NCBI GenBank assembly: GCA_030390025.1 | Contig: JASTWF010000341.1 | Span: 248,001-312,000, forward strand | DNA length: 64,000 bases | Direction: 5' to 3' | Source of the DNA: Squalus acanthias | Taxonomy: Eukaryota | Part shown: positions 1 through 12,814 of the stretch, one piece after another | Layout of the letters: each line of letters starts with the position of its first letter | Position numbering within the stretch: the stretch's first letter is position 1 | The notes under the pieces: model-generated | What the model was told of the DNA's origin: nothing | The model's input: the letters and a program-made list of their open reading frames with translations, nothing else | Database searches by the model: none | Position numbers and translations under genes: made by a program

Positions 1-237
1 GAACGTCGTGAAACCCGATTAAAATGTTGGAAAATTGGAAAAGGCTCTCAAAATAGTAGTTAACAAGCACTTAACAAGGAATTAGGTGTCTTAAATCCCT
101 CGCCCGCCGCTTGGCGTCAGGTCTGTTGTGAAATCGCAGATCCGACACTCTTGAAACTCACACGGCTCAATCATTGCAACTTTAACACCTGATCCGCCTC
201 TGAACCCGCCCTCTAAGCGCCGGCAAAATCGCAGCCT
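1..237. mobile_element. Terminal part of a Harbinger-type element or MITE running off the window start
   Basis: CpG-rich segment ending caaaatcgcagcc|taa, similar to the termini of other Harbinger elements here (for example aattttgcagc at 38317-38327). TAA is a typical Harbinger target. Confidence 0.45.
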
Positions 238-329
238 AAGTGCTTTACAGAGGAGGGAAAAAATAATTTAAATAGACAAAGGAACAGACGGCAAATCATG
301 GCGACTTGGTTGAAAAGATCAGTTTTGAG

Positions 330-790
330 AATATTTTTACAAAACAGAGAGAGCAGATAGGTGAAGGAGCTTAAGAAGGGAGTGAAGAGAGATGGGCTGA
401 GGTATCTGAAAGCTCTGCCATTAATAGCAGGGTGGAGTGAGGACGGGAGCATTTACAGGATGGGAAATAAGGTTGAAGTTGAAGATGACGATTTTAAATT
501 TTATGCAATGCAGGTCAAGGAGCCACTGTCGGGCAGCGAGGACTGTGTGCTGCATGAGTAGGACAATGTGGGACAACATATGAGCAGCTGAGTTTTGAAG
601 AAGTTGGAGTTTATGGGGAGTGGCGGTTAGGAGGCCAGCAAGGAGGATATTGGAGAAGCCGAGTCTAGAGATGATAAAGGCATGGATAAGGATTTCAGTG
701 GTAGTGGGGCTGCAGTAAGGCGACCGTAGGCAATGATTCAGAGGTAGAAATAAATGGTCTTCATGATGAACAGGATGTGGAGGTTAAAGC
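330..790 (-). mobile_element. Degenerate L2-like LINE fragment
   Basis: Purine-rich plus strand resembling the L2 fragment at 43200-43900 (gagcagctgagttttgaag..gttggagttt versus gagcaggagagttttagatgagctgaagttt). Confidence 0.45.
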
Positions 791-1606
791 TCAGGTCTGG
801 GCTGAACAGGATGCAGAATACCCTACCAGAAGCAATGATAGATAAAGAATCCATAATAGCCCTTAAAAGGGAAGTGGATAAATATTTGAAAAACACACAT
901 TTAAAACGGGTGCGGGGAGAGGTGGGGGACTACATGGATATCACTTTCAGAAAGCCAACACAGGTGCAATGGGCCAAATAGCATCCTTCTGTGCTGTAAA
1001 GATTAAATGACTTCACATATTATGCAAACAATAGAAGTGTATTGAAGGCTGTCACACAATCTTGGGGGTTGGATGACTCCTATAAACTGCACAAATTTTG
1101 CCCATGGTTTGCAACATCATCTGAAAAAAGTGTAACACAATCCCAGCCACCGTTTCTTAGTTGCTACAATTAAATATTTTCTGCATTGCATTGTTGATTT
1201 TTGTCTTTTAACTTGTGCTGCTTGTGATAAAAGAGGCTCCATCAAGCTCTGCACTGCAGGTTCTCATATAAAAACTTTGGTAGCTGGAAGAGATTAAAAA
1301 AAACATCAAAAGAAACAGGCTCTGGGTTACGATTTCCATAGAGTGCATAACAAGTCATTAAGACATTACTAAAATGGGGTATCAAAACAGCATGGTGTCA
1401 TTCCTCAGCAAATTAATTATAAAGTGTAAAAATGCAAATAAAGTAACGTTCAAGGTTTTATATGAGTTTAAAAATCCCACATTTTCAGCATAAATTGGAA
1501 CATTCATGATCCTTTCAGTTGAAATTCACACAAAAATCTAGTAAATCTCAACACTGAGCAATGCAGATTCCAGTTGGCAATGTGTTAAACAGATAAGTAT
1601 TTATAT

Positions 1607-4135
1607 CAGTAGCCAAGTGGTTACTGTATTGGACTAACAACTTAGAGATTGTGAATTCAAATCAAACCATGGCAAGTTACGAAATTGAATTCAATATATT
1701 TGATAACTTGTGAGCTCGGCACCAGAAAAATAATCATGAAAGGTAAAAACTGTCCTTCAGGGACTCCAGTCCCACACTATATGGTTGATTCGCAATGCCT
1801 TTTAAAGTGGCGTAAAACAATCGCTACCAAGTTTAAAAATAAGGAAGAAATCATACGGGAAGAACCCAGGCATCAACACATCATCAGGACTTAGGCAATC
1901 TCAGCCCAGTCGATCTTGCAAAGTCCTCCTCACTAACTTCTAGGAACCAGTGCCAAACTTCAGAGACCTGTTCCACAGACTAGTTAAGCAATCTGACATA
2001 GTCATACTCATAGTCAAAAAATCTAAGCTGACACTCCAGTGCAGTACTGAGGGAGTGCTGCACTGTCGGAGGTGCCATCTTTTGGATGAGACGTTAAACC
2101 GAGGCCCCGTCTGCTCTCTCAGGTGGATGTAAAAGATCCCACGGCACTACTTCGAAGAAGAGTAGGGGGGTTATCCCCGGTGTCCTGGCCAATATTTATC
2201 CCTCAATCAACATAACAAAAACAGATTATTTGGTCATTATCACATTGCTGTTTGTGGGAGCTTGCTGTGTGCAAATTGGCTGCTGTGTTTCCTACATTAC
2301 AACAGTGACTACACTTCAAAAAGTACTTCATTGGCAGTAAAGCGCTTTGGGACGTCCGGTGGTCATAAAAGGCGTTATATAAATGCGAGTCTTTCTTTCT
2401 TACTCACAGAATCCCAGACTGCTCCATCACCATCCCTGAGTTTTTTCTTGTCCTACTGGCAAGATAAATCCACCAGAGATGGGCCCCTACAAAGTCTATA
2501 GCTTGAGGTCAAACAATATCAAGGAAACCTCTTGCTGATCAACTATCGCGTCCTCCAACTGATGAATCAATACTCCTTCTTGCTGACCAAGTCCAGAGAA
2601 AGAGATTGTTGCCAGATTAGGCCTGCAGGTGGTGAGGGAACCAACATGAGGAAGTAACCTACTTGACCTCACCCTCAACAACTTCCTGGTTGCAGATATA
2701 TCTGTATGTGATAACATTGGCAGGTCATCTCCACAGTAAGGACATCTTCCGTCAAGTAGTGTAACCTCATGGCCCAGGACATCCCTCACTCTTTAATCGC
2801 CATCAAGCCAGCAGACCAACCCTGGTTCAATGCAGAGTGTACAAAGGTGTGCCAGGAACAGCACCAGGCATACCTTAGAATTAAATCTAGTGAAGTTACT
2901 ATACAGGGCTACCCTGCGTGTGAAACACCAAAAGTAGCAAGCTATAGAGTTAAGCAGTCCCACAACCAACAAATCAGAGAAAAGCTCAGTGGCTCTACTA
3001 CATTCCAGTCAAGAATGATGGTGATCAATTGGGAAACTAACAGGAGGAGGAGGCTTCATGACATTCCTATCTTCAACCCTGGTGGTCACCAACACACAAG
3101 TACAAGAGACAAAGCTGAAGTGTTTCCAAGCATCTTCAGCCAAAAGTACAGAGTGGAGAATCTTACTAGGCCTCCTCCCGAGGTCCCCACCATCATATCC
3201 AGTTCAGTTCACCACACGTGACATTAAGAAGCAGCTGAGAGCACTGGACTGGTGCAAAGGCTATGGGCTTTAACAACATTCCAGCTAGGGTGCTGAAGAT
3301 CTGTGCACCAGAGCTATCAATTCCCAGGCCAAGCAGTTCAGTACAACTATGTCACTGGCAACTACCTGAAAAGGGGGTAGATTGCCCAGGTATGTCCTAT
3401 CCACAAAAAAAACCAGGATAAATCTAACCTGGCCAACTACCGCACTAGCGACTTCCTCCCAATTATCAGTAAAGTAATGGAAGGAATTATCAACAGTTCT
3501 ATCAAGCAACGTTTACTCACCAATAACCTGCTCACCGATGCTCAATTGGGTTCCAGCAGAAATGACTCAGCTCCTGACCTCATCCCAGCTTTGATCCAGA
3601 CATGGATGCAAGAGCTAAATGGCAGAGGAGAGGGGGAGAGCAGCTGCCCTTAACAGCAAGGTAGCACTTAGCTGAGTACAGCATCAGGGAACCCAAGAAA
3701 AACAGAGCTTAATGAGAGTGAAAGGGACAGAGCACTTCACTTCATTGGCAGGCCTGCCACTGGACTCAACATCCACCCCCTCTATCATCGGCGTATTGTG
3801 GTTGCAGTATGCATCATCCACAGGATGCACTGCAGCAACTCAATTAGGTTCAACAGTATCTTCTTCACCTGCAACCTCTACCATCAAAAAGGAAAGAAGC
3901 AGAAAATTTGTGGAAACACCACCACCTCCAAGTCACACACTGTCTTGGACAGAAACCGCCATTCCTTTATCGTCATTGGGTCAATGTCGCAGAATTTCCT
4001 AACTCACACCATTGTGGGAGGATAGTCACCACAAGGACAGCTGTGGTTCAAGAAGAAAGCCCACCACTACCTTCTCAGGGAAACTTGGGATGTGCAACAA
4101 ATACAGCCTTGCCAGCATCGCCCACATCACAAGAT
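1607..4135 (+). mobile_element. Decayed, internally deleted CR1-group LINE (family 2) with a tRNA-like 5' head, interrupted by a SINE
   Basis: ORF2 remnants (PWFNAECTKVCQEQHQAYL; KKxQDKSNLANYR region near 3400-3450) are homologous to the 44925-46425 copy. The 3' tail gccttgccagcatcgcccacatc is at about 4105-4128. The head at 1607-1675 has A/B-box-like motifs. Confidence 0.8.
2028..2400 (+). mobile_element. Deu-domain SINE (SacSINE1/AmnSINE1-like), 5'-truncated, inserted in the LINE
   Basis: Contains ttgctgtttgtgggagcttgctgtgtgcaaattggctgc...acaacagtgactacacttcaaa..aaagcgctttgggacgtcc and a ctttcttt tail. Clearly homologous to 31944-32365 and 61280-61630. Confidence 0.8.
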
Positions 4136-5029
4136 TTTTTTTAAATTTATACGGTCGGTTCTCAAATTTAGAATAACTTCAAAACAAATATAAATGTTTG
4201 GCATTGTTTGAAAATCTGACACCTTGCCCACCATGTGGGAAAATAACAAATCCATAAAGCAGCCCAGCGAGGGATGGCAAAATCCCAAATAGGTTTCAGC
4301 AGTTTAAACTCAGCTGCTTGAACTGGGAGGTATATGTCAGACTATGGCAAGGCCAATAAATAGAGAACCCTGTGTCATCATAATTGGTGGAGTTGTCAGG
4401 ATCATTTCTCGCACAGAGGAGCAATCATGGAAAAATCACAATCCTAAATTCCTGCTCTCCCACTTAAAGAAGGAAGTGTGGCAATGGAAATCTGAAGGTC
4501 AGGTGCTGGGTGGGGTGGTAGAGAAGAGGGAAGAGAGAGTTTAAGTGGTGACACAGAGGGAAACATAAATAGCATAAAAAACATAATTTTGATTTTACAT
4601 GGACCAGAGTTGTGCTACGCATATGCCGTGTGCTTAGAATGTCAAAGATTACAATTTTACAATCTGGTTTGAGGCCATGCTGAAAATGATTGTCAGGCTA
4701 GTGAGTTTCCCCTTGATGGCGAGTTTTGGATTCAGTTGGCAGAAAAGCAAATAATATTTCTAACGTGCCAAATCCAAACCATGTCAGATCCAAGCAACAA
4801 GTCACAAATTTACTGCAGCTTTAAAAAGATTTTGGACAGAAAAGTGTTAAAAGTTGCAATGTATGGTTTCTTATAGTACTGAGTTTGTAATGCTAGAAAT
4901 CCTATTTTTTTTAAATTATCTGATATTTCAAATCATCGACCTGAAACGTTAACTCTGTTTCTCTCTCCACGATGCTGCCTGACCTGCTGAGTGTTTCCAG
5001 ATTCACCCAGCAGTTCTTTGAGCTTCATT

Positions 5030-6795
5030 AATGAGGCCAATTTTAACTGCCTCCACTGGGCAAAAATGGGGCGGTCGTGCTTTGAAAAAAGCAGGGCTGC
5101 ACTTGTTGTTTCGTTTCCACTCCTAATCCACCATTCTGATGGGGGCCTTCATGCGGATGGCCCAGCTGCCCTTCCTGAACCATTAATGTATTTATATTGG
5201 GTTCCTATGATGTCAATAGGACCCCAAAGCGACTTTCACTGGACAGCTCCTAATCAAGCTGTCTAATACCTTGAACAATTGCTGGTGCACAAAAAGCAGT
5301 TGAAGGCTGGGTCCCTCAAGTTGCATCGCTGTTCTCTTCAGTACAGCTACGATTCAAGTTTGCCCTCGGGTGAGCCATCTCCTGGGCTGCCCTTTCCACT
5401 AGCCTCTTCACTTGTGCTCTCTAATTCTTGTACAAACCCCTGTAACTCACTATTTATATCAGTTGGGGTGCCGATTTCTGTGCGGGTGCTTGAAAGGGAT
5501 GGAGCGAGTGCCAGTGCTTCTTCACGAAGGCTGACCAAATGCAAGTCTTTTTAGGAAGGTAAGAACAGGAATAGGTAGGCCTGTTCTTCAGGGTTTCGAG
5601 ACATGGAATAGGCCTAGAGAACAGGGGAGGGGGGACAAAGGTTAGCATTGCATGGAAAGCTTAGACAGTAGCCGATGATTGCCAGCGCTATGCAGCACCA
5701 GGTTGCCACGTTGCCTTTATGTATGATTGCTTAAGGAAAAGGAAAAGGTAAGAGTGATAGGCAGACACGGTTCTGAGCGTGACCTCCAGCCTTGCTATCA
5801 CCGATGCTCGTCAAGCTGTCTGTCCCAATTATCTTCCACCGCCATCTGGATGAGGGCTTCTTTGGAGGCTGCCCAGCCTCCCCCACACACCTTGTTCTGG
5901 TCCTCTTCCTGGTGTTGTCTAGTCTTGTCTTGCAAAAAGAGTAGGAGTGAGTTCGTGTGTGGTACTTGTAAAAAGTTCAGATGTGAGGGGCAGCATGCTG
6001 AGAGGGAGAAGCAGCAAGTTTTGAGCATGATGGGTAGATGGTCATGTGCAAGAAAATGGCTCCAATGTGATATGTGAAAGCAGATAGCAGAAGGGTGAAA
6101 TGTTTTCCAGTTATTACCAGCTAAAATCAGCAGCAGTTGAGTGTGTGATTAGATAGAGAGGGGGAGATGGTTCAGTGTCCCGTTATGATTGGAGGAGAAG
6201 CATGTGGAGCGGGAAGAGAAGTATGTGAAGTGCTGAGGGGGTGAGGAGGTGCTATGACAAGATTTAATGCAAAGAAATAAAGATAGCAAGAGATCATACT
6301 CACCCTTGCTGTCTGGGTCAGATCGTTGAAGCACTTCATCCATGTCCTGGGTGTGATGGTTCTGACATTGCTATTTTCAGCCACTTCCCTGTAGGCCTGC
6401 TGCAGAGTCTGCCTGGGTACCCACCTGCCATTCATGGGGAAAAGGACCCATCTGCATGCCCTCACCTACTTATGAAGAACCTCCTGAGCCGCTAAATCGT
6501 GGGTGCTCTTGCACATGTTGTAGCTCAAAGCAAGAACTTCCAGCGAGTAAAAGCTCGCCTCACTTTAAGAGGTGCAAGCATGCTTTAAATTGGCATCAGG
6601 ACCATCAGAAATCTTGTTCTCCAAATAAGTGGGCTGCCCACCACTGCTGGAAATGCAAGGGCAGCCCGCCAATGAAATTTATATACGGCCTGACTACCAA
6701 AATGGCTCGGCCTCAGCCTGATGACATTGTGTGGGCAACCCAATTGCCCCGCCCACTGCCCGACTCGAAAACCACCCAAAGTCAAAATCTAACAC
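5030..6795 (-). mobile_element. Non-autonomous PIF/Harbinger element with a decayed Myb/SANT-like gene and no transposase
   Basis: ORF 6172-6465(-) has QAYREVAENSNVRTITPRTWMKCFNDLTQTAR, the RTWxxCxxxxNDL helix shared with the other Harbinger Myb proteins in this window. Termini are weak, so boundaries are approximate. Confidence 0.65.
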
Positions 6796-7285
6796 TTCAC
6801 TTCTAGCTATCACACAGTAAAATTAGGTAGCACAAACCAAATTGCCATAAATATAAAGGAAATCCTATTTTATGCATGTCATAAATACATTAGGAATACT
6901 TGGATCTCTATTTTCCACCGTCACTTTGCATAGTTTAATAAAAAGTAGGATATGTCGACAGAGATTTAACAAAAACTATGGTTGATCTAGCTTCATTGTG
7001 CAATGTGTTTGGTGAAACATTTATAATATACGTGAAACCTTTTGATTTAATCTTGAACAAAGCACCTGGGTATCAAAATAATCTTTTATTCAATTTTCAG
7101 CTTTGTAGAGTATTAGCTCACAAGAGTTCAGAGGGAAAAAAGAAAGACTTTAGAATTTCAGACTGCAGATGGAAATTTTAATATTCATATGGTACAGCAG
7201 CATGACAATTGTGCTACAGGTCAAAAAATGTCATTTCAGTAACAGAGCAAAAATAAAACAAGAATGTTTTAACATCCAATCTTAC

Positions 7286-7365
7286 CTCCGCCACTCTGTG
7301 GGTAGAGCTGAAGCGAGGCTGCATTCCAGACAGCACACAATGTTGATGGGTCATATTAAGATCAT
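7286..7365 (-). CDS. FTO: FTO coding exon, equivalent to human exon 5 (80 bp, phase 1-0)
   Basis: gttcttag|ATGATCTT...GTGGCGGAG|gtaaga translates to (D)[26 protein letters not shown]. It carries the third iron ligand (H307 equivalent) and the 2OG-binding R316/S318/R322 equivalents. Confidence 0.97.
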
Positions 7366-9562
7366 CTAAGAACAGATTATAAGGCACAATCATATTTAAT
7401 CCATATAAAAATATTAAACATGAAATTTAATCTTTGAAGATAGAAAATTAGTTACTGTGCAGTGCACATGACAAACCAATCATGCAAGAGAAAGTCATAC
7501 TTCAAGATTCATAAAAAGAAATATAAAATAGACACAAGAACCTGTAGGATCAGTGATAGCAGAAAATCAATAGAAAATGTTGTGAATACTGAAAGCAACA
7601 GAATTGCCTGGGAGGTATAGAGTTAAAAATAAATATTTTAAAAATGAAATAGATGCTTATATATACAATGGCATTCCATCAATCATCATCAAATTGCAGA
7701 GTTCAATTTTTATCCTGTGTTACAATGAGAAATTTGTAACAGGACAATTTTTTGTTCAGAAGCATTCAGTGCAGTGAAGAAGCATAACGATATATGTATA
7801 CAGTACTTCTTTCTCCTTTTTCTTTTCTCTTTACACTTTCAGCTGCAACCATTTTTTATGAATCCCTTCACTGGCTCAATGCGCCTGCCAAAAGATTCTC
7901 ATTTACAGCACTGCATTGCAGTTCCGAAATATTCTAGCTTTGCTGGTTATTTTTATAATATTGGCAGTATATTTAATTACATCAATTTAACAACTTTACA
8001 TTGACAGCTGACTGAGGAGATGACGTGTTTATGTGATGAGGAGTCACTCTTCAACAGCACTTTGTCTCCTCTATCAATTCCCAATATGTGAACATGATGT
8101 AAAAATTGGCTTTTTCTGCATTTAGCCTGGGTAGACAAGATCAATGAACCCATAAACAGGGGTGAGTCAGGGGTTGCAAATAATCTGAGTGTGCATCAGG
8201 GATGGCTAAAGTCAGATCTGCGACTAAGGAATGTAGTAGTAAATCAGAACACCTTTAGTCAAGCTGGTTAGTGCACACTAACATTGTATAAATGTCCCTT
8301 TAATCCTGGTTTTAGAGTGGCTTGTTTCTAGTGATAGAAACAGACAATTGTCTCCCATGCTCAAATAAAACACTGTTCTGGTGTTTTAAAATTCTCCCTT
8401 CAAAGCAAAACTACTATTTCCATTTTTTCCCCCAATCGGTTTATCCTTTCAGTGGCCACTCAAGAAATAAAAATATATCTACTGGGATACCATGTGGCAT
8501 TGGCTTGAAATGAGGCCAAAATACAAGTAGCTGTATTTAAATTCTGAGATATGGTTCAAATTGCACAGTGAAGTTTAATGAAGTATAAACTGCTAAGGAC
8601 CAATACTAATCTTTCTAGGACTTGACCACGTGTTACAACACCAAAGGTCATAATTTTCTCAGCTAATTAGAAAATACTACAGATTTTAAAATAATTTGGT
8701 GTTGTATATTTTAAATTATAAGAGAATTAGAAATTTACACAAGTAGGTTAATCACCTCTGAGGGTTTAGTAATTCTCATTCTCTATGAGTTAGATTCTAT
8801 GGTTAGTAGTGTTTGCCTGCTTCTTCAAATTACATTCTCCAATTGTCCATTTTTTTTATCAAGATAAATACACTTCTACGCAAATGTCTACATGTGTAAA
8901 TATGTTATCCCTTTGAACGGAAACATTAACTGTGATTGATTAAAGAGTTGACGTTTGTTTGAAAATACGTTTCACTATTTCCCACTATGAAGAGCTGTCA
9001 TGGGTTTCAAAAAGAGTTTTCACTATTTCCTGATAACTGACCCCAGGAAGCTCTAGCCTTCAAAGGAGTGATGTCAGCAAACAATAGAAGAGAGAATCAT
9101 TGCCCATTGACGTCACTAAGCACATGCCTGTGAAAAACTGGTGAAAAGTTTCATAAGATAGTTTAGCATGCCACATTGCCACATGTTGACTATGAGCTGC
9201 CCCACTGTGAAAATGACTACCCGTCAATTTTTGGCAAATACTCAAATCATTGAATGGTGCTGAAAACATTTCAGAAACTGCAGACGGAATTTTCTTTACC
9301 TGGGTGGGTCCGGTACAGGCGGTCGCGACCCTGTTCTTGCTTGCATCCCGTTGTAGAAATTGACTTTGCGCTAATGCCGCCTATTAAGCTCGCCCTGCGC
9401 GTTACCCGGCCCTATCAAATAGTGCAGGTCTGATGACGTCATCCATGACACGTTTTCAGCCGGGATATTTAAAGGAGCCATGGCCACATTACATTTGAAG
9501 GTTCATCTGGGAGTGTGCAGTCTCTGCACTGGAGGTTTTGATTGTTCCAAACACTTGGAAAC

Positions 9563-10320
9563 ATGACTGCACAGAGGCAGAGGGCTGCACCCAGGTTCTC
9601 AGATGACTCCCTCCATATGCTTGTGGAAGGATTCAGAGCACACAGGGAGGTCATCCAGAAAGAGGGCGATCCTGGAGGTGCCGGAAGAAATGCAGGGGGC
9701 TCTGACAGGTATTGCGAGCACGATGTCTGCAAATGTTTAGAGAAAGGAGGAGTCCATCTCCAACATGAGCACCACCGTGTCGCAGGCGATGGCGACTGTA
9801 GGCTCTTCCATGGAAAGGATATCCACCTGCATGGAACAGCTAATGTGCCACTCGCATGAGCATATGCTATCTATGGAGAATAGATGGCAGAGGCTCAGAG
9901 ACCTCCTGTCTAGGAGGGATGTCAGCGTAGATGTGGGTCCACATGGCCCCACTGATGTGCAGCAAGGTGCTCTCCAGCTCCTTCCTAGCAAGGAAGAGCG
10001 GGTGGCTATTTGAGAGGGATGCTGGTGAGAGGGGACATGGAAGTGGGGGCTCCTCTCAAAGCGCTTACACTTCTCCCCCGTTGCCACCCCCTCAGTCAGA
10101 GCCCCAGATGCCTCCTCGGACAACGATGGCCGAGTCCGCCCCTGCACAGTCATAGGAGGAGCAAACTTTGGCGGAGCCATCAGAGGCTCCAAAACCCAGA
10201 GGATGTCCACCAAAGTGTCTAAGCAGTCGTAGCAGGGAAATGAGCAGGCTGCCTCTACCTCTGCTGAAGCCACAGGGGTAGCACCTCATAGAAGCATGTG
10301 GAAGAGAAAGATGACACACA
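9563..10320 (+). pseudogene. Harbinger Myb/SANT-like DNA-binding gene, internally deleted and frameshifted
   Basis: The N-terminus MTAQRQRAAPRFSDDSLHMLVEGFRAHREVI (compare MAQQGRERTPNFPDAALEALVEEV at 36341) jumps to a coiled-coil-like segment (MSTTVSQAMATVGSSMERIS). Confidence 0.7.
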
Positions 10321-10412
10321 AGTAGATTCACAAGGGTACCCACTTGGGTATTTTATTCAATGTTAATGTCAAGTTTCCATTAATGTGATCTCAACCATAA
10401 AAATCTTTATTT

Positions 10413-11470
10413 TCACCACTTTCCTCGCTGCTGTGTTAAGTTATGCAGGGCGCAGCAGACCACGACGATTCTGGAGACTCTGGCTGGTGCGTACTGAAGG
10501 GCTTCTCCAGATCTGTCAAGGCATCTGAAGCACATTTTGAGCATGGCTATTGTCTGCTCTATGACACATCTGGTTGGAATGTGGCTTTCATTATATCTCT
10601 CCTGGGCCTCAGTACTTGGCCTCAAGGGTGTCATGAGCCACGTCTTCAGTGGATAGCTCTTGTCTCCAAGCAGCCAGCCGGAAAGTCTGTTTGGAGGAGC
10701 GAAGAGTTGAGGGCGGGTGGACTGGCGAAGGACGAAAGAGTCATGGCAGCTGCCAGGGAATCTGGCGCACACATGCATGATGATCTTTCTGTGGTTGCAG
10801 ACCAGCTGCACATTGAGGGAGTGGAAGCCCTTGCGGTTGACAAAGACTCCTGGGTTATGATGGGGTGCCCGGATGGCCACGTGTGCAGTCGATGATGCCC
10901 TGCACCCGTGGGAAGCCAGCCAGAGTGGCAAAGCCGAATGCCCGCTCAGTAACACTGGCTTCATCAGTGGCAATGTTGATATAATTGGCTGACTTGTCAA
11001 AAAGGGCATCAGTGACCTGTGTGATGCATCTGTGGGCGGCCTGGCTGCGAGATGCCGCAAACGTCTGCTGTAGACCCCTGGAAGGAGCCTGAGACGAAGA
11101 AGTTGAGGGCGCTGGCAACTTTGACAGCCACTGGTAAAGCGAGTCCACCCGCTCCTCTGGGCTGCAGGTCTTGCTCCAGCAATGTGCAAATGTCTGTGAC
11201 GATCTGGCGCGATAGCCTGAGCCTCCGTTGGGGCTGCTGCTCCGTCATGTTGAGGAAGCTCATCCTCTGCCTGTATACCCTGTGTTGGGGGTATCGCCTC
11301 CGGTGCGGGGCAGCCCTGCGCTGATGCCCTTTGTCCTGTGAAGCATCAGGTGGTTGAGAAGGTTGGTGGTGTTGTTGTTGATGCTGCTGGTGTGCCTGGT
11401 GCTGCTGGTGTTGGGGATCATCATGGTCCGATTCTGAGGACCAAGGTGGCACAGTATAAACAGCACCCAT
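10413..11470 (-). pseudogene. HARBI1-like DDE transposase with two frameshifts
   Basis: Three overlapping ORFs join: [41 protein letters not shown] / [12 protein letters not shown] / [63 protein letters not shown]. The D, D and E catalytic residues are retained. Confidence 0.93.
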
Positions 11471-12814
11471 GCTGATGAAATAGAAGGCAGATCAAGTAGA
11501 GATGACAGAAGCAATCTGTCAATGGTGTGATAAGTTCTACCAATGAGGTGAGACTGGATGGAGACTTTGCTGGAAACACTTGCAGCCTCTAGAAAGCTAC
11601 ATCTGTGCTGGGAATGCAGTCAGCAACAGCTTCTGCCTGAGGAAAGTGATCAGCTGTGAGGTGGGAGCTTTTATTGTACATTTCATGCTGTCAACTAATC
11701 AGCTGGTGCAATGGCCACTCAACTTCCGCCTCAGGTTGACAGACGTGGTTCCCGAGCTGTGTGAATCCCATGGTCATGCAGGGAAATTTGAAAGGTACGC
11801 TGAAAAAGGAGCTTAAGGGTCTGACAACAAGCTGATAATCATTTAAATTAGCTCGCCCGCCTCTGCTGTTTGGGTCGCTGCCGCACCGGCAAATGCACCC
11901 GAGGAAAAGGCACGTGGGGGCGTGATGACGGTGGGTTCCCAACTTATTTCAAATTTCCCACCCGACCCACCTCCGATCGCATCTGCACGTACCCCAGAAA
12001 ATTCCGGCCTGCATGTTTTGTTATCTCTATTTCTGTCGGTCCTTGTTTTCCATTGTGGCTTAACAATAAATTTAAGTTCAAAGATAAAACTTAACCAAAT
12101 ATGGACCCATATTTAGGGCTGTAAGGTAAACCATTTGTTCTCACATTACAGAAGTGAACTTACAATAATGCTCTCAGCCTGTGGTACTTGCTTTGTTAGT
12201 ATGATATATCTGTTGAAAATTAGATGCTAATTGATGGTCAGGCACCCCAAGAAATTAATGATCCTTCTCTGTAATGTGCCTCTCAAGTACATGTTCCACC
12301 TAAAACATCAAGTCAATGATGTCAGATTAGACTCAGGCTTAGGGTCTCTTTGCATATCCACTTCTGTCACAGCACCAACTGCAGAGCAGAGGGTGAGAGA
12401 TTAAAAGTTTCCTTGAAGGTTAGTTTCCAAATCTAATGCATTGCGAACCTTGGTAATTTATTCAAAATAGAATACTTCTGAAGCCTCATTAACTCCACAT
12501 CCTAGAGGAAGGACCATACAAGAAAAGGGAATTTCATCTGTCTTATCATGCTCTCCTTCAGTATTCACAATGTGCAATATTCTTTCGATTTATTTATTCC
12601 TTCTTTCTCCTTCCCTTTTGGTTCCAAGAGTTTCATGACCTCAAGGCGGGTGAAATTGGTCAACGGCAGTACCGCAAAACAGGCTGATAGAGAATCGGCA
12701 GCACGATGCGGAGGACTGGATGGTTTGCCATCCGTCCCGCCCCCACTGGATGGTTTGCCATCCGCACGACTCCCAACAGGGGAGTTAAAGACAGCCTTTT
12801 TATATTCCTGTTCT

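Larger units (their letters stand above)
9283..12009. mobile_element. PIF/Harbinger DNA transposon with convergent Myb/SANT (+) and transposase (-) genes
   Basis: Left TIR gacggaattttct (9283) matches the reverse complement of the right end, ggccggaattttct (12009). TGCA flanks both ends. Both gene remnants are present. Confidence 0.92.

Noticed and set aside
1-7285. FTO exon 6 (CSTGTLDYI...)
   Set aside because: No matching peptide was seen on the minus strand; it probably lies beyond the window start.
9060-9269. Possible tyrosine-recombinase C-terminus (AAHSQHVAMWHA..ETFHQFF) belonging to the DIRS relic
   Set aside because: The catalytic Arg and Tyr are absent and the intervening sequence does not continue the frame, so the match is too weak to call.
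10413-11470. Host HARBI1 gene
   Set aside because: It is frameshifted, intronless, bounded by TIRs and paired with a Myb gene, so it is a transposon copy rather than the domesticated gene.
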